NCBI GenBank assembly: GCA_020184695.1
Contig: JAANOX010000036.1
Location: 61,079-125,078 of the forward strand
Source of the DNA: Histomonas meleagridis 2922-C6/04-290x
Lineage: Eukaryota > Protista > Parabasalia
DNA length: 64,000 nucleotides
Direction: 5' to 3'
Made by a program: the position numbers and the translations under genes. A model generated the notes under the pieces. That model searched no databases. It was not told where the DNA came from and saw only the letters and a program-made list of their open reading frames with translations. Positions 41,409-51,088 of the stretch are shown here, piece by piece. Positions within the stretch are counted from its first letter, which is position 1; each line of letters starts with the position of its first letter.

Positions 41409-42185
41409 TTATTGTATGTACACTGTCTCTGATTGTGCTGCTATTTCAGCATCGGCAGTAATTTCTTCGTAAGTGAACGCAGATATGTACTTTCCTTGAT
41501 TTGTCTTTATAGTAAATCCTTCGCCGAATGGCTCAATTTTGAAGATTTCGTTTGGACCAATCGATGAAGCAGTACATTCCAAAACTCCTTTAGGATTTAA
41601 GGTCATATACTTTCTATGGAATGAAAGTATCGCATATCCGTTCCCATGTTTTATAATTTTGAACTTTTCCCAGGCTTCAGATTTATCTCTATTCCATTGT
41701 AGCGACCCATTTTGTTGGGTAGAAAGATACTTACCGAAGCAAGACATAATGTCTTTATTCTTACCGGCAATTGGATCTGTGTGAAGTTTGAGTTTTTTCT
41801 TTTTTAAATTTAATATTGTGAACTTTTGCAATTGTGTGATTTCTTTTCCTTTCCAGTCACAAGAGTGATCTTTGTGCACTGATAGGTAGGTTCCATAACA
41901 CGATTTGAACGAAAAAGTTCCATCATTATTAACAATAATTGCAAATACTTCATTGCTCTTGGCATCGACAGCTTTACAAGAAACATTTCCATTTTTGTCA
42001 ACAGAGATATATGTGCCGTGGTATGTTTTAAAAATAAATCCATTTGTTGTTTCCAGAACTTCAAATTTTTCGAATCCTCTTGCTTCTTGAACATTAGCAA
42101 CTACTGCCCCATTGGTCCGTGCAGAAATGAACTTTCCAAAACATGTTTGAAAAATTCTCACTTTGCCAAATAGCTTGTATGTCAT
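41409..42185 (-). CDS. Tandem fascin/actin-crosslinking beta-trefoil protein (hisactophilin-like)
   Basis: Repeated xFKTYHGTYISV / SCYGTYLSV / SCFGKYLST / SFHRKYMT / KTNQGKYISA strands, each followed by EKF/EIF. Likely start MTYKLFG (42185). Confidence 0.75.
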   Translation of the reverse strand: MTYKLFGKVRIFQTCFGKFISARTNGAVVANVQEARGFEKFEVLETTNGFIFKTYHGTYISVDKNGNVSCKAVDAKSNEVFAIIVNNDGTFSFKSCYGTYLSVHKDHSCDWKGKEITQLQKFTILNLKKKKLKLHTDPIAGKNKDIMSCFGKYLSTQQNGSLQWNRDKSEAWEKFKIIKHGNGYAILSFHRKYMTLNPKGVLECTASSIGPNEIFKIEPFGEGFTIKTNQGKYISAFTYEEITADAEIAAQSETVYIQ

Positions 42186-42462
42186 TTTGCTTAGCAAAGG
42201 AGCCGTTAAAATAAACGTTCTTAATAATATGTTTATACCAAAATGAAAAAGCAAACATTAAATCATTCACTCACAAAGAAAATGTAAGATAACCAATAAT
42301 ATAGTACGTTTTGGTTTTTGTTAGAATAATTTCATGAATAAATTTATCTTAATTTATGAAGAATAATTCGTTATTTCTTACAACATATTGCAAAATATTT
42401 TTAAACTACATAGAAAAAATTAAAGCTATTTGCTAAAGCATCAAAAATGAAATAAAAACAAT

Positions 42463-43620
42463 TTACTGCTCATTGTTATTTTGATCTTGAAATGAAACAT
42501 TTTGTAATCTGCATGCCTCTTTAATGCATTCCCTATAATGTCCCATCCCATGTCTTTTTTCATCAAGTTCTTTGATGAAATGTCCGAAATATTCGCAATC
42601 TTTTGTTATTTGAATTTCCAATTTACAAAACATCTCACCGATTATATTAAATATATATTGTTTCCCAGGTGGATATAAGGCTGATGTTGTATGACCAGCT
42701 GCTTCATCGTTATTCTCTAAAATCGACTCAAGTGGAGGCGGGGGCGCCTCAAACGGATTAACCGTCATATCGACTTTTTGAAAGGCCGTGGGTGCACTGG
42801 CGGTTTTACGATAGGCCGATTGAATTTGCTTTGCGATGAAATCTGGCAAACAATCAGAAGAAACAAGCGCAAAGTTATGAAACGAAAGGAAAGGAATCGG
42901 ATCACCAAAGTTGAAGAAGCTAGTACAGTATGAAACTGTTTTAGACCAAAGATTTTTGCTAACGACTGCAGGTGGAGCAAAGATAATTGATCTTGTTGGA
43001 AGATCTGGGAATTTTTCTCTAAACATAAGATTACAAACACCTGCAACACCAGCACCAAGACTATGACCTGTGAACATAATTTGGCGATGGTTATTTTCAT
43101 GAGAAAGTTGTTGGAGTAAATCTTGAATTTGCGTGCAAACTGCAAGAGATGCTTGATATATGCCCATATGAATAAGGCCTCCGAAGACGTCAGCAGCATT
43201 GGCTGTAATGTCGATTATATAATCAGAAAAAGAAATTGATCCACGACAAACAACAAATATTGTATTCATCTCGTCACTATTTGTAATAAAATATGGAACG
43301 CCTGAAACAACAATTTCCCCTGAATCAAAAACTACAGTACCAGCTTCAGGTATGAGCTTTCTTTTTTCAATAACACGATAAACAGCACTTGATAATTCTC
43401 CACAAAGATGAATCATTTTGAGTTCCTGATGGTCTGTAATTTGTGTTGGTTCAACAGGCTCTTTCGGAGGGAGTGTATCAAAAATTTGTTGGAGAAATGT
43501 TGAAAAACATATTTTCTTTGGATTTGAGGCAACGGCAGCTGCGGTCATTACTGTTTTCATTCCCTTCCTTGTGTTCAATGCATTTTTTGCTTTTTCGAAT
43601 CCTTTGCTGAACTTTTCCAT
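42463..43620 (-). CDS. Class 3 lipase (DAG-lipase-like)
   Basis: VVCRGSIS..D, nucleophile elbow FTGHSLGAG, FAPPAV, DPIPFLS and C-terminal His (RHGMGHY). Confidence 0.9.
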   Translation of the reverse strand: MEKFSKGFEKAKNALNTRKGMKTVMTAAAVASNPKKICFSTFLQQIFDTLPPKEPVEPTQITDHQELKMIHLCGELSSAVYRVIEKRKLIPEAGTVVFDSGEIVVSGVPYFITNSDEMNTIFVVCRGSISFSDYIIDITANAADVFGGLIHMGIYQASLAVCTQIQDLLQQLSHENNHRQIMFTGHSLGAGVAGVCNLMFREKFPDLPTRSIIFAPPAVVSKNLWSKTVSYCTSFFNFGDPIPFLSFHNFALVSSDCLPDFIAKQIQSAYRKTASAPTAFQKVDMTVNPFEAPPPPLESILENNDEAAGHTTSALYPPGKQYIFNIIGEMFCKLEIQITKDCEYFGHFIKELDEKRHGMGHYRECIKEACRLQNVSFQDQNNNEQ

Positions 43621-43785
43621 TTTTTCAAAAAATCACAAACTGTGTTCAAATGATCAAATAAACGGTCTTGAAGGAAAAAATCTTAATTCTAAACAAAGAA
43701 TTTTAAAATAGAACTCATTATCAATAAAAATTAAATTTAATATTTTTTAATTAAAAATTTGTTCAATTCATAGATATCCTTATTT

Positions 43786-46700
43786 TTATTTCCATTTTTT
43801 GGTGTTATTTTCATCTGACGAGAAAGTCATTTTAAGAAAGTTTATTTCTTCTTTCATTTCAAGCACTAAATTATTTAATCGTTCATTTTCTATATTGGTA
43901 TTATGTAATTCTGCGAGCAAATGATCTTCGAAACTATTATTTTGTAAATCCGAAATTAACTTAAATTGATTTTCATTCGTTTCGACCAATTTTGCATTTT
44001 CTTCTTTAAGTTTTGCGATGATAGCGTCAGATAAATGTTTTGTTTCGTTTGCTTTCAAACATTCTTCTTTAAGTGTTTCTATTTCCTTCCTTAATGAATC
44101 ATTTGAAGCCTTTGATATTCGAAGTTTTTCGTTTTGTTGTTTTGCGTTTTTAATTATTTCTTTTATTAATGATTTATATTTTGCGTTTTCTTTTACAAGT
44201 TTATTTTGATCATCAGTTAATGTTTTGCTTTTACTTATATCATTTCGAAGATTTTCATTTTCTGTTTTAAGTTTTAATATTTCGTTTTTAAGTTTTTCGC
44301 TTTTTTGTGTTTCATTTGTCATTTGATTAGTTTTAAGATTATTAAGTTCGTTTTTAAGTGTTAAATTTTCTGTTCGAAGTTCAATTGATTCATTTTGTGC
44401 AGAACTTTTTTGTTGTTTTACTTTTTGGAGTTTCGCTTTAAGTGCAGATATCTTTTGATCACTATTTTCATATTCTTCTGTTTGGATCTGTTTTTCTTCG
44501 TTCGATTTAAGTTTGTTTATTTCATTTTGAAGATTTTCATTTTCTTTTTTAAGTTTGTTTAACTCTTTTTGAAGATTACTTTCATCATTTGACTGAGTTT
44601 GTTTACTTTTTACATCTAAATCGGATTTAAGTTTTGATATTTCTTCTTTAAGATTTTCGTTTTCATTTTTAAGTTTTTCGATTTCGTTTGATTCATTTTG
44701 TGATTCATTTCGATCAGTTTTAAGTTTTAATAATTCATTTTTGAGATTTTCATTTTCGTGTTTAAGTATTTCTGTTTCATCTGAAACATTTTGCAATTCA
44801 TTTTGATTTGATTTAAGTTTAGCTATTTCTACTTTGAGGCTTTCATTCTCACTTTTAAGTGATTTGGCTTCGTTTGAATTGTTTTGTTTTGTTTCTTCCA
44901 AATCATAGTTAAGTTTATATAATTCATTTTTAAGATTTTCGTTTTCATTTTTGAGTTTTTCCATTTCTTTTTGCTCTGATTTAAGTTTTACATTTTCTTC
45001 ATTTAGATTTTCATTTTCTGATTTTAATTTGTTGAATATTTTTTGATATTTATTATTAGAATCATCAGAATTTTCCATTAAATTATTAATTTCATTCTTT
45101 AGATTTTCGTTTTCTGTTTTTAACTTATTAATCTCATTACTAAATTCATCTTGTTTTGAAGTTAGTTCTGTTATTTGTTTTTCAAGTTCATCTTTTTTAT
45201 TTCTAAGTTCATTATTTTCTGTTTCATAATTTTTACCTATTTCTTTATATTTCTCTTTTATAACTTCATTTGCTTTTTGTAATTCGATAATTTTATTTTT
45301 ATTTATTTCGTTTTCGTTTTTAATTTCATTAAATTCATTTTCTTTTTCTTCTTTATATTTATCGAAATTCTTTTTAATTTTTTCATTTTCTTCTTTAATC
45401 GCTTGAATTAATTCTTCTTGATTTGATTCCATTGAACTATTTTGTTGTAATTCAATAACTTTTTTATTTTGACTTATTTTCTGTATAATATTTTCTTCGA
45501 TTTCTTTAATTTTTTGGTTTTTAGAAAATGTAATTTCATTAAATTTTTGTTCCAAATTTGTAACAGGTAAAGTTATATCAAAAGAATTCAAACAAATTTT
45601 ATTTTTAGGATTTATTAATAATAATTCACCATAAATAAAATTAATTTCCGAAGGAATTACATTTGAATTATTAATATTCGAAATTATTATTTGAGAAATT
45701 CCATTGCTTTTAAGTAACATATCACAATATTCATTTGATTCCCAACACATACATATTATGAATTCATATAATGATTGAATTTGAAGATAATTATTTAAAT
45801 TACTTAAAAGTTGTTCGAAATAATCATGAAACAATTCTTTTGTATTTGGTGAATTTATTATACAAAATATACATAAACTAAAAACTTCAGTTGACTTAAT
45901 TTCAATCACTTTTATTGCATTAATAAGTTCAATTGCATTTTCATATGAATTATTGATATAATTTTTAAGTAATTCATATATGTTAACTCCTTTATTAATA
46001 TATAAATATATTAAATCTTTTATCATTGGTGTAATTTTATCACTTAAAACTTGTGAACCTTCAATGCAAAGTGATAATAATTGAATACAATCATTTTGTT
46101 TTCTTCCAATTTTGATGTTATTTAAAAGGCTTTCAATAATTGTGGTTTCAGATAATGAATCTCTGCATTTCTTATTGTTCTTCGAAAATAAAAGACTTTC
46201 AAGAAATCCAAATGATTCTGCATCGGCTGACTTAATTAAGGGTTCAATATTTGAAAGATAACCAGAGTCAATAAATATGTTTTGGTTTTCATCATTATTT
46301 TGAAGTATCGAAAAAATTGCAGCTAAATATTCAGGATGCTCAATATCTATACGTTTGGCTAGTGCATCAATAGAATTCCTGCCTATTTGCGTTTGGAAAG
46401 TGGTGTTTCCATTGATTATGGCAGGAATCGTAGATACAAATTTCTTGGAAATTTGTTCGTTTTGATCTGAAATTGACCCAAAAAGCCGAGACATTTGAGG
46501 TACATTTTCGGAAAGTTTTTGTTGAAATTTATCTGGTTGTAGATATGCAAATTGCATTAATAAATGCATTGACTGGACACGAATTTTGGTATTTTTATGA
46601 TCAAGAAATTTAACGAAATAATCCAGGAGATTAGGTTGCTCCAATATTATCCTTGAATTACTGTATCTATCAGAACAATCGTCACGAACATATTGGTTTA

Positions 46701-46938
46701 AAATGAAAAAAATGTTTAAAATAGAATCTTCATTTTTTAAAGCATCTGGTATCAAGTTAATTAAAATTGGGATTCCTTTGATTGCAATTTTTTGATTGTA
46801 ATTTGCTGATAAATCTCTTAATTGTCCAATGCAAAATTCAATGTTTGTCTTCTTTGAAAGCTGCTCTAATATTGTTTCTGCGTATTCCTCATCAGTTTGT
46901 GCTGGCCTTTCTTCGAAAAGCCACTTAAAAAAGCTCAT
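43786..46938 (-). CDS. Uso1/p115-like vesicle tether (ARM head plus coiled-coil tail)
   Basis: N-terminus MSFFKWLF...AETILEQL resembles Uso1; helical head of about 500 aa followed by a long coiled coil. Confidence 0.65.
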   Translation of the reverse strand: MSFFKWLFEERPAQTDEEYAETILEQLSKKTNIEFCIGQLRDLSANYNQKIAIKGIPILINLIPDALKNEDSILNIFFILNQYVRDDCSDRYSNSRIILEQPNLLDYFVKFLDHKNTKIRVQSMHLLMQFAYLQPDKFQQKLSENVPQMSRLFGSISDQNEQISKKFVSTIPAIINGNTTFQTQIGRNSIDALAKRIDIEHPEYLAAIFSILQNNDENQNIFIDSGYLSNIEPLIKSADAESFGFLESLLFSKNNKKCRDSLSETTIIESLLNNIKIGRKQNDCIQLLSLCIEGSQVLSDKITPMIKDLIYLYINKGVNIYELLKNYINNSYENAIELINAIKVIEIKSTEVFSLCIFCIINSPNTKELFHDYFEQLLSNLNNYLQIQSLYEFIICMCWESNEYCDMLLKSNGISQIIISNINNSNVIPSEINFIYGELLLINPKNKICLNSFDITLPVTNLEQKFNEITFSKNQKIKEIEENIIQKISQNKKVIELQQNSSMESNQEELIQAIKEENEKIKKNFDKYKEEKENEFNEIKNENEINKNKIIELQKANEVIKEKYKEIGKNYETENNELRNKKDELEKQITELTSKQDEFSNEINKLKTENENLKNEINNLMENSDDSNNKYQKIFNKLKSENENLNEENVKLKSEQKEMEKLKNENENLKNELYKLNYDLEETKQNNSNEAKSLKSENESLKVEIAKLKSNQNELQNVSDETEILKHENENLKNELLKLKTDRNESQNESNEIEKLKNENENLKEEISKLKSDLDVKSKQTQSNDESNLQKELNKLKKENENLQNEINKLKSNEEKQIQTEEYENSDQKISALKAKLQKVKQQKSSAQNESIELRTENLTLKNELNNLKTNQMTNETQKSEKLKNEILKLKTENENLRNDISKSKTLTDDQNKLVKENAKYKSLIKEIIKNAKQQNEKLRISKASNDSLRKEIETLKEECLKANETKHLSDAIIAKLKEENAKLVETNENQFKLISDLQNNSFEDHLLAELHNTNIENERLNNLVLEMKEEINFLKMTFSSDENNTKKWK

Positions 46939-46964
46939 GGCGCGGAATTTTGTATAAACGGTCC

Positions 46965-47000
46965 AAGGGGTATCCCAAACAGGGTGGGAGGGAACCCCTT
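46965..47000. other. GC-rich hairpin / potential G-quadruplex just upstream of the Uso1-like start
   Basis: AAGGGGT-A-TCCC ... GGGA-ACCCCTT forms a stem; the plus strand also carries four G-tracts GGGG-N11-GGG-T-GGG-A-GGG. Confidence 0.55.
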
Positions 47001-47310
47001 TTATTCCAAAAAAATTAACTATTTATCATTTTGTTATTATACTAAAATAGTTACTTGATGTATTTATGCTTAATATACTGAAACAAAATTATAACATTAT
47101 TTCAAAATTATGTGGTAATTAGCTCCATTGGATTAGTTTTCTTTGATAATTGTGGATTTCACACATAAATAGTTGATAAATATTTTTTTCTATTTTTATT
47201 AAAGCAAAATTGCATTTGCATTCAACTATTCATATTTTGTGTTAAAACATGAATTTTTACAAAAAGAATGCATTTTTTCATCGCAAGTGTTGACACAAAA
47301 TCAAATTAAT

Positions 47311-49041
47311 TCATTTTTTGATTCTTTGTTTTAGTAAATTAACAATTTTGTTGTTATTTGCTTGACGAATAGCTGTATGAAATTATTTAAAGAAACGCCA
47401 AGTATTTAAATGAAAAATCAAATTATTAAAACATATTCCAAATTATTAAAACATATTCTAAATTATTCAAATGAATAGTTTTTGTATTAACATCAATTCC
47501 TTTATCTAAAAGTAATTTTACTATTTCTATATTATTATTTTTAACTGCTATATGAATTGCTGTTTCAAATTATTAAAGCATATATAAAATTATTAAAACA
47601 TATTACAAATTATTCAAATGAATAGCTTTTGTATTAACATCAATTCCTTTATCTAAAAGTAATTTTACTATTTCTATATTATTATTTTTAACTGCTATAT
47701 GAAGTGCTGTTTCAAATTATTAAAACATATATAAAATTATTAAAACATATTCCAAATTATTAAAACATATTCTAAATTATTCAAATAAATAGTTTTTGCA
47801 TTAACATCAATTCCTTTATCTAAAAGCAATTTTACTATTTCTATATTTCCTGATTTAACTGAGTATGGTAAAATTGTTTTTGGAATTTGTTGACTTTCTA
47901 TTTCGCTTTCTATTATGAATGTATTTCCTTTTGATGCTATTTCTTCTATAATTTCATTATTTATTTTCATTCCTTCTTTTTCTAAAAACATGAAGATTTC
48001 ATAATTATTAAATTCTATACATTTTTTCCCAAGATATATTAAATTTTCTTCACTTAAATTACAATTATCTTGATTTTCGATATTGGAATTCTGTTTTGTA
48101 AAAGAAAACATCGAAGATAAATTTTTTCTGTCATTAGAAATTTTTCCAATTTTATTTTCATAAAGATAATGAAAAATTTCATTTCTATGAAATTCTATCG
48201 CTGTTTCATATGCTTCTGTAAATGATGAATTGTTTTGTTCACATAAATGAATAATTTCTAAGTTTCCACCTGCAATTGCATATTTAGATGTATTTTTGAT
48301 ATTCGAATTATTTAATAACAAATATTTAAAACATTTAATCGAACCAAAAAATGCACAATAATCAATTAATTAAACATTTTCAGTATTAATAAATGAACAT
48401 CTTTCATAAAGTGATGGCTTAATTATTTGATTAAATTCAAATTCATTATGTGATGATATTTCTTGAAGCTTTTCTAAATCATCATTTCGAAGTACTTTCG
48501 CAATTTCTAATGGATTAACTCCTTCTTTTACATATTGCTTATGAAGCTTCCAATTATCTTTTGATAATTCATCAAGTGCTGAGGTGAATTTTTCAAAGAA
48601 TTGTGGTTCTGGATGTTTGTTCTTTAATTCATTTATTTCTTCTTTTGTTTTATATTGAGAAAAATATAATGTGTTCATGTTCTTTACTGAAGATGGTTCA
48701 ATTATTTCTTCTTCGATCATCTTTTCAAGAAGGAAATAAGATTCTTGCTTTTCTGTTCTCAGTAAATATTTACAAAAGATTTGAGTAAGATTAGAATCAG
48801 TTTCACTTTTGTTTTTATCTTTATCATCTTCTTTTTCTTTTAAAGTTAATAAATATTTAATATATATATTTTCATTATTTGATTGAGAAACAAAAGCTGA
48901 ATAAATAAGTCTAGAAACAAGATAGTTAAATGTATATGGCAGCCTATCTACAAACAAATTAATTGTTGCTTGAACTGATTGATCGAAATTTTTTTCGTTG
49001 AGATTAAAGACAATTGATTCTAATGATTTCGAAAGTTCCAT
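47311..49041 (-). CDS. DUF3447 plus ankyrin-repeat gene, interrupted by one in-frame TAA (48370-48372) and three inserts
   Basis: DUF3447-type LIDYCAFFGSIKCFKYL...YAIAGGNLEIIHLCE, then ankyrin segments ETALHIAVKNNNIEIVKLLLDKGIDVNTK separated by inserts; last segment HTAIRQANNNKIVNLLKQRIKK* ends at 47311. Confidence 0.75.
47380..47467 (-). other. 88-nt insert within an ankyrin repeat (candidate non-canonical intron)
   Basis: Lies between ATT-CAT-TTG and CAT-ACA-GCT; 4 x 20-nt units plus AATAATTT; contains stops. Confidence 0.7.
47567..47614 (-). other. 48-nt insert within an ankyrin repeat (candidate non-canonical intron)
   Basis: Lies between ATT-CAT-TTG and GAA-ACA-GCA; 2 x 20-nt units plus AATAATTT; in-frame stops. 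Confidence 0.7.
47714..47781 (-). other. 68-nt insert within an ankyrin repeat (candidate non-canonical intron)
   Basis: Lies between ATT-TAT-TTG and GAA-ACA-GCA; 3 x 20-nt units (AATAATTTnnAATATGTTTT) plus AATAATTT. Confidence 0.7.
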
Positions 49042-49497
49042 CAATAAAAGTGTTCAAAACCTATTCGTTCGAAATATTTGTGAGAAAATAAAATTGTCAA
49101 TACCAAAAAAAATGTCATACGATAGAGATTGAAACTGTTCAAATAGCCTAAAAACGAATCACAAAATTTTTGTTCTGAATCAAATATCAAAAATTGTGCT
49201 ACAATAAATAATTAAATAGATTTTTACCGATAGAGGATTGAGATTTTTAAGTTTCGTTTTAAATTTTGGTTTCCACAATAACAAGAAAAAGATTAACATT
49301 TTCCCCTCAATCGCACTTGGTCAAAAAAATTTTATGCGGGGGTGGCCCTGCTTGACGATCATTCGATACAATTTCATCAATTGATAATGGTTTAAGCTAA
49401 AATCAGAAAAGTTATTCATAAGCATTTCGTTTACGCATCTCTTCTATACACCCATAAGCTCTTTATACTCTTGGAAGCATTGAATAAGAGAATGTAA

Positions 49498-49839
49498 TTG
49501 AATGAAATACAAGTATTGTTCAATGATCAAAGAATTATTTTATATCATCAAAACTATGATTATGAAGTTATTGTTAAAAATGATAAACTTATACTTCCTG
49601 AATCGAAAATTGTTTATAAATATTATGATTATTATAATTGGACAAACAATAAAGAAGAAAAAAACACTGTGTTAGATGTAATATTTGATCTATCTGATTT
49701 ATCTATTGGAGGATTTAATCAGGAAATTTATATGCATAAATGGAAGAGAAAAGAAGGTCATCATAAAAGAGGATACGGTACCGAGTTGAATACATTGGAA
49801 GTGTACTTGAATAAGGATTGGGAATTCGAAACAGTGTAA
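49498..49839 (+). pseudogene. Isolated coding-like fragment of unknown family
   Basis: 113-codon frame with protein-like composition but a TTG start, flanked by broken frames. Confidence 0.25.
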
Positions 49840-51088
49840 AAGGCGTTGTTCATTGGTAATGGAACTCCTTATTTGGTAATAGGAATTATAGATAAGCACT
49901 CATTCAGAGTGACTTTCGCATTGATAAAGGTGAAGAAATCGAAATAATTAAATAAAAAGCTTCTGATATTTAGGGTATTTATCATTTTAAAACAAAATGA
50001 ATTTTATATATAATGAAAAAGATGAAACCTATTTGACAAATATCTATTTCATACATTTTTTAGAGGATTACAGTAGCACTTTATTGACTTTAGCTTTAAT
50101 ATTGTTCGGGTGTTGATACGCTCCATTTTAAGAAATGTGTTTTTATAAATAATTTTAAAAATGACAGATTATAAACAAACAATATTTGTAGTATCTTATA
50201 TAAATAATTCATCCAAAACAATTGATTGAACCATAGGATAAGATTGCATTGAATAAAAATTATTATTAAATTATTTATTAAATTGATTTATAATTGTTTT
50301 ACTTTAAAAAATACTGCACGAGTTCTTTTTATGCTGAAATCTATATTCGTCATTGCTTTGACTTATTATCTAGTTATATCTATCACAAATAAAACGAATT
50401 GCAAAATAGAAAACACCCATCAACTTTTTTTCCAATGCTGAGCTTTCGATGTAGTCATATGCATTGATTTTATTTTTCATTTCTTTCCCTTGGGCTGTTG
50501 AAATAGGGATAGAGTTTTCAGAAAATGTTAGAACATATTTGATCACTTTTCATGCCAACTTAGATTATACGATGTGGATGGACAACATTGTTGTAATTCA
50601 GGATAATAAATGTAACGAATGTTTTAAGTGATTTTGATGAAACGAGTGCAAAGCAAAGTATTACAATATCAGTATGTATGTCCCGCAGGACGCAACGACG
50701 TAGTTCCTCTGGTTGCATGGATCCGTACCATATATCAAAATTTATACATAAATTTTCATATTCAAAGTCTTGAGCATATCCACCAAAATGTGAAGGAATG
50801 TAATTTGAAAAATTAGAAATGTCTTCAAAACATGAGCAGAGGAAACTTGCCTTACCAACCCCGCTATCTCCAACAAATAGACCTCTAGAGCTCTATCTCA
50901 AGATATCATTCTCGATGCTAATAAAATTGTTAAATCATTGTAGAGATGTTGAAATAAAAATTATATTATAATTTTTTCTCGAATTCCATTCTTTAGTTAC
51001 TCCATTGCAATTTAAACATTGGAATATTCCAAAACATAAAATTTAATTCCTTACTAAAACTTCAAATACATTTACACAAAAATTATTT

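Noticed and set aside
47380-47781. CRISPR-like array interpretation of the regularly spaced repeats
   Set aside because: Eukaryotic context, the long units are protein-coding ankyrin repeats, the inserts are degenerate minisatellites rather than unique spacers, and there are no cas genes.
50560-50940. Protein-like broken frames in the 49-51 kb spacer
   Set aside because: Too fragmented to assign to any family without a search.
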